Translations under genes and position numbers: made by a program
Shown: positions 9,401-18,072 of the stretch, piece after piece
How positions within the stretch are numbered: position 1 is the first letter of the stretch
How the letters are laid out: each line of letters opens with the position of its first letter
Notes under the pieces: generated by a model
What the model saw: only the letters and a program-made list of their open reading frames with translations
Databases searched by the model: none
What the model was told of the DNA's origin: nothing
NCBI GenBank assembly: GCA_965207055.1
Contig: CBDBLP010000003.1
Location: 816,913 to 880,912 of the forward strand
Reading direction: 5' to 3'
DNA from: Alphaproteobacteria bacterium
Lineage (GTDB): Bacteria > Pseudomonadota > Alphaproteobacteria > UBA828
Length of the DNA stretch: 64,000 nt

Positions 9401-10264
9401 GTCGAGGGTGACGCCGTTGCCGTCGGCGTGATCGCGGGCGAAGCGGGCGCCGGCGATGACGCCGCCGGCGAGGCCCGAGAGGAGAAGTTGGACCGGCGAT
9501 TCGCCGGCGGATTCCGCCTGCAGATGGCCGCCGTTCGACTTCATCAGCGAGAGCGGCGCCGCGATTCCCGCCGTCTCAAGGTCGGCCGAAACCTGGCCCA
9601 CGAAGCGGTCGATGATGCGCTTGATGAAGGCGTCGGTGATGACCGTCGCACTCCGCTGGTACTCGCGCCAGATCGGGCAGACGTGGCTGGAGAGCGAGAC
9701 CGGCAAGTCGGGGAAGCGCTCGGCGAGATAGGCGCCGATGGCCTCCTCATGGCTGGTATCGACGTAGGAGAAGAGCAGGTTGACCGCGACCGCCCACTCC
9801 TGCGTCGGGTCGCTTTCGCGCCATTCGTCGATCCAGTCGCCGAGCCGTTCAAGCTCGGGCTTTTCCAGCGGGATCAGGATGTTGCCTTTGTGATCGACGC
9901 GCTCCTTGATGCCGAAGACATGGCGGCGCAGCACGCCTGCGCTGGGCTTCTCCCAAGCCGGGTTGTAGGCCTCCTTGCGCGCGATCAGGCCGATGATGGG
10001 CACGTCCTGCAGGCCGTCGGTGCCGACGTAGAGCACGGTTGCGCCCTTCTTCTGCAGGCGCGCGTTGGTGGCGATGGTGGTGCCGAGCACGATGCGGCCG
10101 ATCTCGTCCGGGGTCAGCTCGCTCTGGCCGATGGCGTTGAGCGGCGCGGCGGCCGGCTGCTGCGGTGTAGAGGGCACCTTGACAGTGCGGATGTGCCCGC
10201 TGGTGTCGTCCAGTGCGACCAGGTCCGTGAACGTGCCGCCGGTATCGATGCCGACCCTATACAT
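6449..10264 (-). CDS. Fused hydantoinase/oxoprolinase A-B protein (HyuA-HyuB fusion, ATP-dependent hydantoinase / 5-oxoprolinase / carboxylase family)
   Basis: ORF 6449..10282. MYRVGIDTGGTFTDLV (HyuA N-terminus) begins at the ATG at 10264, preceded by GAGGAGG. The C-terminal half carries TLTVVNNALGNICNEMESAMVRTAYSPIFSESRDFSCCLFD (HyuB). About 1271 aa. Confidence 0.9.
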   Translation of the reverse strand: MYRVGIDTGGTFTDLVALDDTSGHIRTVKVPSTPQQPAAAPLNAIGQSELTPDEIGRIVLGTTIATNARLQKKGATVLYVGTDGLQDVPIIGLIARKEAYNPAWEKPSAGVLRRHVFGIKERVDHKGNILIPLEKPELERLGDWIDEWRESDPTQEWAVAVNLLFSYVDTSHEEAIGAYLAERFPDLPVSLSSHVCPIWREYQRSATVITDAFIKRIIDRFVGQVSADLETAGIAAPLSLMKSNGGHLQAESAGESPVQLLLSGLAGGVIAGARFARDHADGNGVTLDMGGTSCDVGLVTDGAFGSTTEYEVEWGVPVSALFIDYTTIGAGGGSIAYVDVGGLLRVGPRSAGADPGPACYGQGGTEPTVTDANVVLGRLDPDYFLGGVMTMDAAKAHEAVAELGAKLGLTAVETARAILETAAENMADAIRLMTVERGIDHRDYALIAFGGAGPLHAVDVAAPLEMKKVVVPPHPGLCSALGTLLTDLRVDRARTVNHRSDTVDLPTLNDQLQALAREAVDELRRDGLEGEARVTGYISMRYMGQNFGELVQLDTLELDEAGFARALEGLHSQHEELYGYALRDKVAEMTEVRVIAVGEERTDVTLSAPTAGSGVPQAHRAVYFDGEEPLETPIYRRDELAAGSVVAGPAIIDEMDSTTLVPPRSEVEIGADGSLIVSLPRAAGATVGTGRLAPEKDPVTLTVVNNALGNICNEMESAMVRTAYSPIFSESRDFSCCLFDRRLRMVGQAEMNPAIICAGLHTVPLCVKEMDEPIEQGDVIVHNDPYRGQCHMPEHLLMKPVFVDGTLIGYAANIAHIAEIGGMAVGSFASTATEVFQEGLRLPPVKLLSRGEYVKDVWRIALANHRTPNTTWGDFHAMIGSLNTAEQRLGAMVKRLGVETFEKICDALVDHAEHWMRNEIRKLPNGIYKAEDYFEDDGVSNNRFYFRPTVHIREEEIVVDLSDSDEQARGPINVTYVATAAAGCTAVLQTLCARDVPLNSGCFKPLRVVAPPGTVANPVFPAPSVAGNTEGQPRIIAAVQHALSKAVPEMVSAAEGGTACNLLLGGIHPDTGEYWTHYQLEGGGWGGRLGKDGNTALCCAHASTIRATPIEVFETRFPLRTLKYEIRPDSGGAGKWRGGLGCWRQFEVVADAISVSALTDRMTEGPYGLMKGRPGAPTGFFVKRVEDEEFRTFKEIYGTVSPTKFVNIQLHRGDQILVRVPGGGGYGDPHERADAALRADLEDGFVSVDGLSDYGRDASFADAVKEAAAAE

Positions 10265-10496
10265 CGCCCGCCTCCTCGCCATGCTTGGCTTCCTCGACGC
10301 GGCCTGCGGCCTTCGCCTCGGCGAACTCCGCGCGCACGCGCCGCTTCACGTCGGCGCACTTGTCCTCGCAGAACATCTCGCCGGGGAACTCGTCGTCCAC
10401 CCAGTATTCCCGCGCCATCATGATGCCGCAGAAGGAGCAGTTGAAAATTCGCGTGTCGTACCAGGCGAGTTCAAAGGGGAGCCACTTGCCGCTCAT
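10257..10496 (-). CDS. Small Cys-rich (CxxC...CxxxC) protein translationally coupled to the fused hydantoinase
   Basis: 79 aa: MSGKWLPFELAWYDTRIFNCSFCGIMMAREYWVDDEFPGEMFCEDKCADV... GGGAGG lies 9 nt upstream of the ATG at 10496. Its stop overlaps the hydantoinase ATG (10264) by 8 nt. I recognise no family. Confidence 0.55.
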   Translation of the reverse strand: MSGKWLPFELAWYDTRIFNCSFCGIMMAREYWVDDEFPGEMFCEDKCADVKRRVRAEFAEAKAAGRVEEAKHGEEAGDV

Positions 10497-10605
10497 CTCA
10501 CCCCGCCTCCCTGCATGTCCCGGATGGCCGAGACAGTTTCACGGCGCGCAATGCGGGTCAACTGCACGCGGCCGCCAGTGCGGAAGGGGCAAAGAGCGGC
10601 GCGAC

Positions 10606-11574
10606 CTACCAGCCCCGCGCCTGCTCGATGACGCGGACGTTGGCGAGCCCGTCCTGAGGCGTGACCGCGAGCGGCGCACCGCGGACGATGGCGCGGGTGA
10701 TGCTTTCGACCTGCGCCTTGTAGGTATCGTGGCCCGCGAGCGGGACGGTGCGCGGCTTGCCGCCCTTGCGCACCGTGGTCATGGCGCCCGGGAGGCCGAC
10801 GAAGCCGCCTTCGATCGCGCAAGAGCTTTCGCTGCCCAGGAGCTCGAGCCCGCCGCCGGTGGTCACTGCGGTCGACGCCGAGATGGTTCCCACGGCACCG
10901 TTCGCGAAGCTGATGGAGACGACGGCGGTATCGGCGGAGCGCCCGTAGGCCTTGTTGGCGAGGTGGGCGTGCACCGTCTTCGCCTCGCCGTTGAACCAGC
11001 GCAGCATGTCGATGAAATGGGTGCCGATATCGCCCAGCACCCAGCAGCCCGATTTCGCGTCGTCGAGCCGCCACCAGTCGTCGGGCACCTCCGGATAGCG
11101 GTAGCGGAACTGGCAGTGCATGTGCACCGGCTCGCCGAAGCGGCCGGCCTGCCATTGCGCGCGGAGCGCTTCGAGCCTCGGGTGATAGCGGCTGTTGTAG
11201 CCGATGGTGAGCAGGCGCTCGGCCTTCTTCGCGGCCCTGATCATCGCCCGACACTCGGCCTGGTTCATCGCCATGGGCTTCTCGCAGAGCACGTGCTTGC
11301 CGGCCTTGAGAGCGGCGATGGTCTGGTCCTTGTGCAGGTGGTTGGGGCTTGCGACCCACACCACGTCGATCGCGTCATCGGCGAGGAAGGCCTTGAGGTC
11401 CGTATGACCGCGCGCCACGCCGTGGCTCGCGCAGTAGCGCTCGGCGTTCTCCTGCTTGGTCGACAGCACGGCCTTGAACCGCGCCCCCCGCGCCGCGTTG
11501 ATCGCCGGGCCGAGCACCATGTCGCTCCAGCCCCGCGTGCCGATCATGCCCCAGCCGACCGGTTTCGCCGCCAT
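10606..11574 (-). CDS. Gfo/Idh/MocA family oxidoreductase
   Basis: MAAKPVGWGMIGTRGWSDMV...KHVLCEKPMA motif. 322 aa. Confidence 0.85.
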   Translation of the reverse strand: MAAKPVGWGMIGTRGWSDMVLGPAINAARGARFKAVLSTKQENAERYCASHGVARGHTDLKAFLADDAIDVVWVASPNHLHKDQTIAALKAGKHVLCEKPMAMNQAECRAMIRAAKKAERLLTIGYNSRYHPRLEALRAQWQAGRFGEPVHMHCQFRYRYPEVPDDWWRLDDAKSGCWVLGDIGTHFIDMLRWFNGEAKTVHAHLANKAYGRSADTAVVSISFANGAVGTISASTAVTTGGGLELLGSESSCAIEGGFVGLPGAMTTVRKGGKPRTVPLAGHDTYKAQVESITRAIVRGAPLAVTPQDGLANVRVIEQARGW

Positions 11575-11720
11575 GCTCGCCTCCCGCTGACTTGTCGCCG
11601 CCGGGCGATGGTATCACGGGGCACGGCATGCAGCCCGAAGGCAGCCCGCATTGACCGGCCGCGGGCGCGGGCCATAGAGTGTGCGCCCTTCCCACCAGCG
11701 CAGCACGCCCGACGCCCCCG

Positions 11721-12920
11721 ATGAAGGCCCTCTCGGACATCGTGATGCTCGACCTGACGCACATGCTGTCGGGCCCCTTCGCGGCGATGCTGCTGGCGGA
11801 TCTCGGCGCCCGGACCATCAAGGTGGAGCCGCCGGGCAGCGGCGAAATGACCCGCGGCCTGCTCGCCGACGACCCCCGCTACGGCTACAAGGGCATGGGG
11901 CCCTACTTCCGCACCCTCAACCGCAACAAGAAGAGCGTCTGCATCGACCTGAAGCGGGACGAGGGCCGTGCCCTCTTCCACGAGCTCGCGGCCAAGGCCG
12001 ACATCGTCGTCAACAACTTCCGCCCGGGCGTTCCCGAGCGGCTCGGCATCGACCACGCGACGCTTGCCGCGCTCAACCCCCGCATCGTCACCTGCAGCGT
12101 GACCGGCTTCGGCGAGGAGGGGCCGGACTGCGACCGCACCGCCTTCGACGTGGTGGCCCAGGGCTATGGCGGCGGCATGTCGATCACCGGCGAGGCCGGC
12201 GGGCCGCCGATCCGCGCGGGCGTCCCCATGGGCGACCTCTCGAGCGGGCTCTTCGGCGCAATCGCCATGCTGGCGGCGCTGCACGCGCGCGAGGTCACCG
12301 GGCGGGGCCAGCATATCGACCTTTCCATGCAGGACTGCCAGGTCTCGCTCCTGAGCTACATCGCCGCCATGCACCTGCTCTCCGGCGAGGTGCCGCGCCA
12401 GTTCGGCAACGCGCATCCGATCTACGTCCCCTACAATGCCTTCCCGACCAAGGACCGGTGGCTGATCATCGCGGTGGTGAAGGACGACCAGTGGGCGAGG
12501 CTCAGGGACGTGCTGGAGAACCCGGCGCTGCAGGATGCGCGCTTCGACGGCTACGAAGGACGGCGCGACCATCGGGAGGAAGTGGACGGCGGGATCACGG
12601 AGGCACTCGCGGCGCACGGCTGCGACGAATGGCTGGAGAAGCTGCGCGCGGCCCGCGTGCCCTGCGGGCCGGTCAACGACGTGGCCCATGCGCTCACGGA
12701 CGTGCAGGTGCAGGCCCGCGACATGGTGGTCGAGATCGGACACCCGGAGGGCGGCTCCTTCCGCACCACGGGCAACCCGATCAAGCTGAGCGAGACGCCG
12801 GGCGACAGCTACGATCCGCCGCCACTCCTCGGCCAGCATACGGACGAGGTGCTGAGCGGCCTGTGCGACAAGAGCAGCGCCGATCTTGCGCGGCTCCGCG
12901 AAGCCGGCGTGATAGCCTGA
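11721..12920 (+). CDS. Family III CoA-transferase (CaiB/BaiF family)
   Basis: Internal ATG at 11721 of ORF 11679..12920. MKALSDIVMLDLTHMLSGPFAAMLLADLGARTIKVEPPG is the classic family III N-terminus. Confidence 0.9.
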   Translation: MKALSDIVMLDLTHMLSGPFAAMLLADLGARTIKVEPPGSGEMTRGLLADDPRYGYKGMGPYFRTLNRNKKSVCIDLKRDEGRALFHELAAKADIVVNNFRPGVPERLGIDHATLAALNPRIVTCSVTGFGEEGPDCDRTAFDVVAQGYGGGMSITGEAGGPPIRAGVPMGDLSSGLFGAIAMLAALHAREVTGRGQHIDLSMQDCQVSLLSYIAAMHLLSGEVPRQFGNAHPIYVPYNAFPTKDRWLIIAVVKDDQWARLRDVLENPALQDARFDGYEGRRDHREEVDGGITEALAAHGCDEWLEKLRAARVPCGPVNDVAHALTDVQVQARDMVVEIGHPEGGSFRTTGNPIKLSETPGDSYDPPPLLGQHTDEVLSGLCDKSSADLARLREAGVIA

Positions 12921-12950
12921 CACGAATGAGAAAGCCGAAGGAAACGATCG

Positions 12951-13865
12951 ATGAGTGAGGTCATCACCGTGCACGAGGTGGGACTCCGGGACGGGCTCCA
13001 GAACCAGCCGCGCGTCGTGCCGACGGAGGGCAAGCTGCGCCTGCTGGATGCCCTGCTGGATGCAGGCCTTCAATCCATCGAGGCCGCGAGCTTCGTCTCG
13101 CCCAAGGTGGTACCGCAGATGGCGGACGCGGCGGCGATCTTCGCCAGCCTGCCGCAGGACCGCAACGCCGGCTACGAGGCGCTGGTGCCGAACGAGAAGG
13201 GCTACGAGCGCGCGGTGGAGGCGGGCGTCACCACCGTGGCGCTGGTGCTCGCCGCCACCGACACCTTCAACCGGCGCAACATCAACATGTCGCTGGACGA
13301 GGCGATCCGGGTCAACGAGGCGGTGATCAGGCGCGCGAAGGCGGACGGGATCCGCGCCCGCTCATACCTCTCCGTGGTCGCCGCCTGCCCCTACGAGGGC
13401 GTGGTCCCGCCCGAAACGGTGTTCGACCTCGCCGCGCGCATGTTCGACGCGGGCGCCGACGAGCTTGCGCTGGGCGATTCCACCGGCGCCGGCACCCCGC
13501 CGCAGATGGCCCACCTCTTCGAGACGCTGGCGCATCGCTACGGGCCGGAGCGCCTCGCCGGCCACTTCCACGACACCCGCGCCACGGGGCTCACACTCAC
13601 CTGGGTCGCCATCGAATGCGGCATCCGCAAGTTCGACAGCTCCATCGGCGGCCTCGGCGGCTGCCCCTTCGCGCCCGGCGCCACCGGCAACCTCGCAACC
13701 GAGGACCTGGTGTTCATGGTGACCGAGGCCGGTTTCGAGACCGGCATCGACGTTGGCGGCCTGCGCCGCGCCGTCGCCATCGCCGAGGAGCTGACCGGCC
13801 AGACTCTCGGCGGCCGGATCACGCCCTTCCTGGACTCGCGGGAGAAACGCGCCCGCGCGAACTAA
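12951..13865 (+). CDS. Hydroxymethylglutaryl-CoA lyase family (HMGL-like) C-C lyase
   Basis: VHEVGLRDGLQNQP...SIEAASFVSPKVVPQMAD...GHFHDTRATGL...GGLGGCPFAPGATGN. 304 aa. Confidence 0.9.
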   Translation: MSEVITVHEVGLRDGLQNQPRVVPTEGKLRLLDALLDAGLQSIEAASFVSPKVVPQMADAAAIFASLPQDRNAGYEALVPNEKGYERAVEAGVTTVALVLAATDTFNRRNINMSLDEAIRVNEAVIRRAKADGIRARSYLSVVAACPYEGVVPPETVFDLAARMFDAGADELALGDSTGAGTPPQMAHLFETLAHRYGPERLAGHFHDTRATGLTLTWVAIECGIRKFDSSIGGLGGCPFAPGATGNLATEDLVFMVTEAGFETGIDVGGLRRAVAIAEELTGQTLGGRITPFLDSREKRARAN

Positions 13866-13868
13866 TCC

Positions 13869-14516
13869 TTAATCCGTGCCGAAGAGGCGGTCGCCCGCGT
13901 CGCCCAGGCCCGGCACGATATAGGCCTTCTCGTTCAGCTTCTCGTCGAGGCTTGCGGCCCAGACCTCGACGCTCGCGTGCTTCTCGTTGAAGGCGCGCAT
14001 ACCCTCGGGCGCGGCAACCATGGCCATGAAGCGCACGTTGCTGTCGTCGATGCCGTTCCGGTTGAGCAGGTCCACCGCGTAGGAGGCGGAGTAGCCGGTG
14101 GCGAGCATCGGGTCGACCAGGATGAAGAGCCGTTTCGTGTCCGCCGGGAGCCGCACGTAATACTCCACCGGCCGGTGGGTCTTGGGGTCGCGGTAGAGCC
14201 CGATGTGGCCGAGCGGCGCCGTCGGCAGCAGCTCCGCAAGCCCCTCCGCCATGCCGAGGCCGGCGCGCAGGATCGGCACGATCGCGGGCTTCCGGCCGCG
14301 CAGGAAGGGCGACTCCATCGCCGTGAGCGGTGTCTCGATGGTGCGCGAGTCCATTGGCAGGCCACGCGTGATCTCGTAGCCGATGAGCAAGGCGATCTCG
14401 CGCAACAGATCGCGGAAGAGCGGGGTCCACGTCGTCTTGTCGCGCAGGTGGCTCAGTTTGTGCTGCACCAGCGGGTGGTCGACCACATGGAGGTTGGGGA
14501 ATGGATTCTCGGTCAT
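13869..14516 (-). CDS. upp: Uracil phosphoribosyltransferase
   Basis: [17 protein letters not shown]...ILRAGLGM...LVDPMLATG...[16 protein letters not shown]. Start taken at the ATG at 14516 (MTENPF...). Confidence 0.92.
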   Translation of the reverse strand: MTENPFPNLHVVDHPLVQHKLSHLRDKTTWTPLFRDLLREIALLIGYEITRGLPMDSRTIETPLTAMESPFLRGRKPAIVPILRAGLGMAEGLAELLPTAPLGHIGLYRDPKTHRPVEYYVRLPADTKRLFILVDPMLATGYSASYAVDLLNRNGIDDSNVRFMAMVAAPEGMRAFNEKHASVEVWAASLDEKLNEKAYIVPGLGDAGDRLFGTD

Positions 14517-14520
14517 GGGG

Positions 14521-15105
14521 CTATGGGCTCGCCTGAGGTTTCGGGTCGGCGTAGAGGGAAGGCACGACAACGCTCATCAGCAGCCGGAAGGGGATCAGCA
14601 GCACCGCCGCCATCCCCACCTTGATCGCGAAATCGCCGAGCGCCCAGGTCACCCACGGCAGGCCCGTGAGCGCGAAGGCCGCGCTGAAGAAGATCGCGGT
14701 ATCCAGCGCAGACGCCGACAGCGAAGAGACCAGCGGCGCCCGCCACCAGAGGCCGCGCCTCAACCGGTGGAAGAGCGCGATGTCGAAGAGCTGCGCGCAG
14801 ATGAAGGCGAAGCCCGAGGCCAGCGCGACGCGCACGCCTTCCCAGAGCGGGATGTCCGCCGCCACCGCGAGGATGATGGAAAGCCCCATCCCGAAGGGGA
14901 AGCCCACATAGGCGACCGTGCGCGCCCGTCCCGGCCCCCACGCCCTGTTGGTGAGGTCGGTCACCAGGAACGCCAGCGGGTAGGTGAACGCGCCCCAGGT
15001 CAGCCAGGCGTTGATCGCATGCTGGACGGCGACGTTCGAAACCCCGATCACCGCCATCATCGCGACGATGGGGAGCAGCAGCGACAGCGGGAGGGGTGCT
15101 TTCAT
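14521..15105 (-). CDS. yhhQ: VUT-family (YhhQ/DUF165-like) queuosine-precursor transporter
   Basis: 194-aa polytopic membrane protein: ...[17 protein letters not shown]...[16 protein letters not shown]...[14 protein letters not shown]. Its stop is 4 nt upstream of the upp start. Confidence 0.75.
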   Translation of the reverse strand: MKAPLPLSLLLPIVAMMAVIGVSNVAVQHAINAWLTWGAFTYPLAFLVTDLTNRAWGPGRARTVAYVGFPFGMGLSIILAVAADIPLWEGVRVALASGFAFICAQLFDIALFHRLRRGLWWRAPLVSSLSASALDTAIFFSAAFALTGLPWVTWALGDFAIKVGMAAVLLIPFRLLMSVVVPSLYADPKPQASP

Positions 15106-15275
15106 GGCCGCAGACTATAAGGCGCAGGCCCCATGCGACCAACGCGCATGGACACGAGACAGTAGCGGATCAGGGGGACCGGGCCGCAGGCCCGGACGGC
15201 GCGACCGCGCCGCGCGCGTAGCGCGAAGCCAAGCTCGCGGAGCGAGCGCCCGGCGCCTGAGGGAACCGATAAAGC

Positions 15276-15572
15276 CTATTCGGCTGCGGACGCCGCGCGG
15301 GCGTTCTTTACCTGGCGCTTGACGCGCCGTGCGCCCTGTGAGAGCCGCTCGTCCGAGGTCTTGAGCAGGTAGTTGTCGAGCCCGCCGTGGCGCTCCACCG
15401 TGCGGATCGCACTGGTCGTGACCTTGAGCCGCACCATGCGCCCCAGCGCCTCGCTGTGCAGTGCCTTGTCGTGGAGGTTCGGCAGGAAGCGCCGGCGGGT
15501 CCTGTTGTGAGCGTGACTCACGTTGTTGCCGGTCAGGACGCCCTTGCCGGTCAGCTCGCAGCGGCGTGCCAT
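15276..15572 (-). CDS. rpmB: 50S ribosomal protein L28
   Basis: MARRCELTGKGVLTGNNVSHAHNRTRRRFLPNL... Confidence 0.95.
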   Translation of the reverse strand: MARRCELTGKGVLTGNNVSHAHNRTRRRFLPNLHDKALHSEALGRMVRLKVTTSAIRTVERHGGLDNYLLKTSDERLSQGARRVKRQVKNARAASAAE

Positions 15573-15641
15573 GGTTCGCGCTCCGTGGAGGAAAGAGCGG
15601 GCTATTTAGAAGGAACCGGCAATCCGGTCAAGCGCCCACGG

Positions 15642-16592
15642 ATGACAGAGCCGGCCTTTTGCTCTAAACCGCGAGGAATGAGCCGAGGAGGACAACCCGC
15701 CCGGCGCCGCCGCGAGAATACCCTGGCGGCCGTCAACGGGGTCATCGACCTGCGCCTCCCGGCGCGCCAGACCGCGCCGCTTATCTTCACCTCCCCGCAC
15801 AGCGGCACCGATTACGACCCCGCGTTCATCGCGAGCTCCCGGCTCGACGAGAGGAACCTGCGGCGCTCCGAGGACAGCTTCGTCGACGAGATTTTCGCCG
15901 GCGCACCCGAGAGCGGCGCGCCGCTGCTTTGCGCGCTCTACCCGCGAGCCTACCTGGACCCGAACCGCGAGCCCTACGAGCTCGACCCGGAGATGTTCTC
16001 GGAGCCGCTGCCCGGCCACGTGAAGACCCGCTCCGACCGGGTGCGGGCGGGCTTCGGCACCATCGCCAAGCTGGTCGCCTCGGGTGCCGAGATCTATGCC
16101 GGCAAGATGTCCTTCGCCGAGGCCGAGCGCCGCATCGACACGCTCTACCGGCCCTATCACCGGGCGCTGGAGGGGCTGATCGAGGCGACGCGGCACGACT
16201 TCGGCGCGGCGTTCGTGCTGGATTGCCACTCCATGCCCTCGGTCGGCGGGCCGACGGATCGCGACCGCGGCACGCCCCGCCCCGATATCGTGCTGGGCGA
16301 CCGCTTCGGCGCCTCCTGCGAGCCCAAGGTGATCGAGACGGCAGAACTCATCCTGCGCGATCTCGGCTTTTCGATCAGGCGCAACGAGCCCTACGCCGGC
16401 GCCTACACCACCGCCCACTACGGCCGCCCCAACGAGCGCGTGCACGCGCTGCAGATCGAGGTCAACCGCCGGCTCTACATGAACGAGGCCACGGTCGCCC
16501 GCTCGCGCGAGCTGCCCGGCCTGCAGAAGAAGATGAAGCGCTTCATCGCCACAATGGCGGAGGAGAGCCTCGCGCTCGTCGAAACGCTCTGA
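15642..16592 (+). CDS. N-formylglutamate amidohydrolase (FGase) family protein
   Basis: LIFTSPHSGTDY...RRSEDSFVDEIF...VLDCHSMPS...NEPYAGAYTTAHYGRP. The start is ambiguous: ATG at 15642 or ATG at 15678. Confidence 0.8.
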   Translation: MTEPAFCSKPRGMSRGGQPARRRRENTLAAVNGVIDLRLPARQTAPLIFTSPHSGTDYDPAFIASSRLDERNLRRSEDSFVDEIFAGAPESGAPLLCALYPRAYLDPNREPYELDPEMFSEPLPGHVKTRSDRVRAGFGTIAKLVASGAEIYAGKMSFAEAERRIDTLYRPYHRALEGLIEATRHDFGAAFVLDCHSMPSVGGPTDRDRGTPRPDIVLGDRFGASCEPKVIETAELILRDLGFSIRRNEPYAGAYTTAHYGRPNERVHALQIEVNRRLYMNEATVARSRELPGLQKKMKRFIATMAEESLALVETL

Positions 16593-16684
16593 ACCGCGAA
16601 GCGTTTGTTGAACGGGCGTCGTTCCTGGAATATTGATTACCCACCGGCGGCGAGGGCCGCCCAGGCAATCGCAGGGAGCAGACC

Positions 16685-17932
16685 ATGAGACTGAGCCGCA
16701 GACAGTTCTTCCAAGCCGCATCCGGTGCGCTGGCCTTCGCCAGCCTGCCTCATGTGCTGCGCCGCGCCGGTATCGCGAGCGAGGACCCGATCAAGGTCGG
16801 CAACATCCTCGACCGCACCGGCATCCTCAACATCTACAGCCTGAAGCAAATTCAGGCGACGGCGATGGCGGTGGACGAGATCAACGCCGCCGGTGGCCTG
16901 CTGGGCCGGCCGCTGGAGCTGGTGTTCTACGATTCCCAGTCCGACGGCCAGTACAACTCGCAGTACATCACCGAGGCGCTGGTCAAGGACAAGTGCGTGG
17001 TGGTGCACGGCGGCATCACCAGCTCCTCGCGCGAGGTGATGCGCCCCATCGTCAACCGCTTCAAGGGGCTGCTCTTCTACAACTCCCTCTATGAAGGGGG
17101 CGTCTGCGACCGCCGCCACGTCTCGACCGGCATGGTGCCGGCGCAGCAGCTCGAGCCGCTCTTCGACTACGTGGTGAACGAGCTCGGCGGCAAGCGCACC
17201 TACATCCTGGCGGCCGACTACAACTACGGCCACATCACGTCCAAGTGGATGCAGAAGTTCACCCGCGATCGCGGCGGCGAGGACCTGGCGGTCGAGTTCT
17301 TCCCGCTCGACGTCAACAACTTCCAGCCGGCGATCTCGCGCATCCAGGCGGCGAAGCCCGACGTGGTCATGTCGGCGCTGGTGGGCGGCGCCCACATCGC
17401 CTTCTACCGCCAGTTCGAGGCCTCGATCGGCAAGGACCAGATGATGCTGGCGTCGAGCACATACGGCGTCGGCCTCGAGCACACCCAGCTCAGCCCCGAG
17501 GAGGGCAACGGCATCATCCTCGCGACCTCCTTCGTCGACGACCTCGACACGGCCGAAGCCAAGGACTTCGTGAGCCGCTTCCACGCCTACACCGGCGACA
17601 CCGGTTATGTCGGCGAATACGGCGAGTACGGCGAGCGCGGGGTCAAGGTCTGGGCCGAAGCAGTGCGTCAGGCTGGCGATGCCAGCTCGGACGCCGTGAT
17701 CGATGCGCTTGCCACGGGCAACGTCAGCGTGATCGGCGCGGGCGGGCAATACACGGTCGACGGTCAGACCAACCACACGACGATGGACATCCACATCGTC
17801 CGCGGCAACATGAGCCAGACCTTCGACGTGATCAGCTCGTTCTCGCAGCGCCCGCCGCTGGATACGCAGCAGGTCTGCGACCTCCATGCGAATCCCGACG
17901 ACAAGACCCAGTACGAGGTCGAGGTCGAGTAG
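16685..17932 (+). CDS. AmiC/UrtA/FmdD-like periplasmic binding protein (amide/urea-type ABC transporter), Tat-type signal
   Basis: MRLSRRQFFQAASGALAFASLP leader. IKVGNILDRTGILNIYS...DEINAAGGLLGRPLELVFYDSQSD...YNSLYEGGVCD...AADYNYG resembles the AmiC/UrtA type I PBP family. Confidence 0.85.
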   Translation: MRLSRRQFFQAASGALAFASLPHVLRRAGIASEDPIKVGNILDRTGILNIYSLKQIQATAMAVDEINAAGGLLGRPLELVFYDSQSDGQYNSQYITEALVKDKCVVVHGGITSSSREVMRPIVNRFKGLLFYNSLYEGGVCDRRHVSTGMVPAQQLEPLFDYVVNELGGKRTYILAADYNYGHITSKWMQKFTRDRGGEDLAVEFFPLDVNNFQPAISRIQAAKPDVVMSALVGGAHIAFYRQFEASIGKDQMMLASSTYGVGLEHTQLSPEEGNGIILATSFVDDLDTAEAKDFVSRFHAYTGDTGYVGEYGEYGERGVKVWAEAVRQAGDASSDAVIDALATGNVSVIGAGGQYTVDGQTNHTTMDIHIVRGNMSQTFDVISSFSQRPPLDTQQVCDLHANPDDKTQYEVEVE

Positions 17933-17974
17933 GGATCGGGGCGTTACGACGACGATTTCGTAGCCCGGACGCCG

Positions 17975-18060
17975 GGTCCGTCGGCGGCGCGAGTTGCCGC
18001 CGACGGACCGCCTTGCGTTCGCGGATGCGTGTTCCGCCCCGGCCGGCCTCGCCGGGGCGG
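17975..18060 (+). other. Two strong GC-rich stem-loops in the intercistronic gap between the binding-protein and permease genes
   Basis: ggtccgtcggcggc (17975-17988) pairs perfectly with gccgccgacggacc (17996-18009), giving a 14-bp stem and 7-nt loop. ccgccccgg (18034-18042) pairs with ccggggcgg (18052-18060). Confidence 0.7.
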
Positions 18061-18072
18061 CGGGGGTGACGG

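Noticed and set aside
15106-15275. A preQ1 riboswitch might lie upstream of the yhhQ-like transporter.
   Set aside because: The region holds only short GC hairpins (for example ccatgcg/cgcatgg) and nothing resembling the preQ1-I or preQ1-II consensus. It also has to accommodate the rpmB 3' end.
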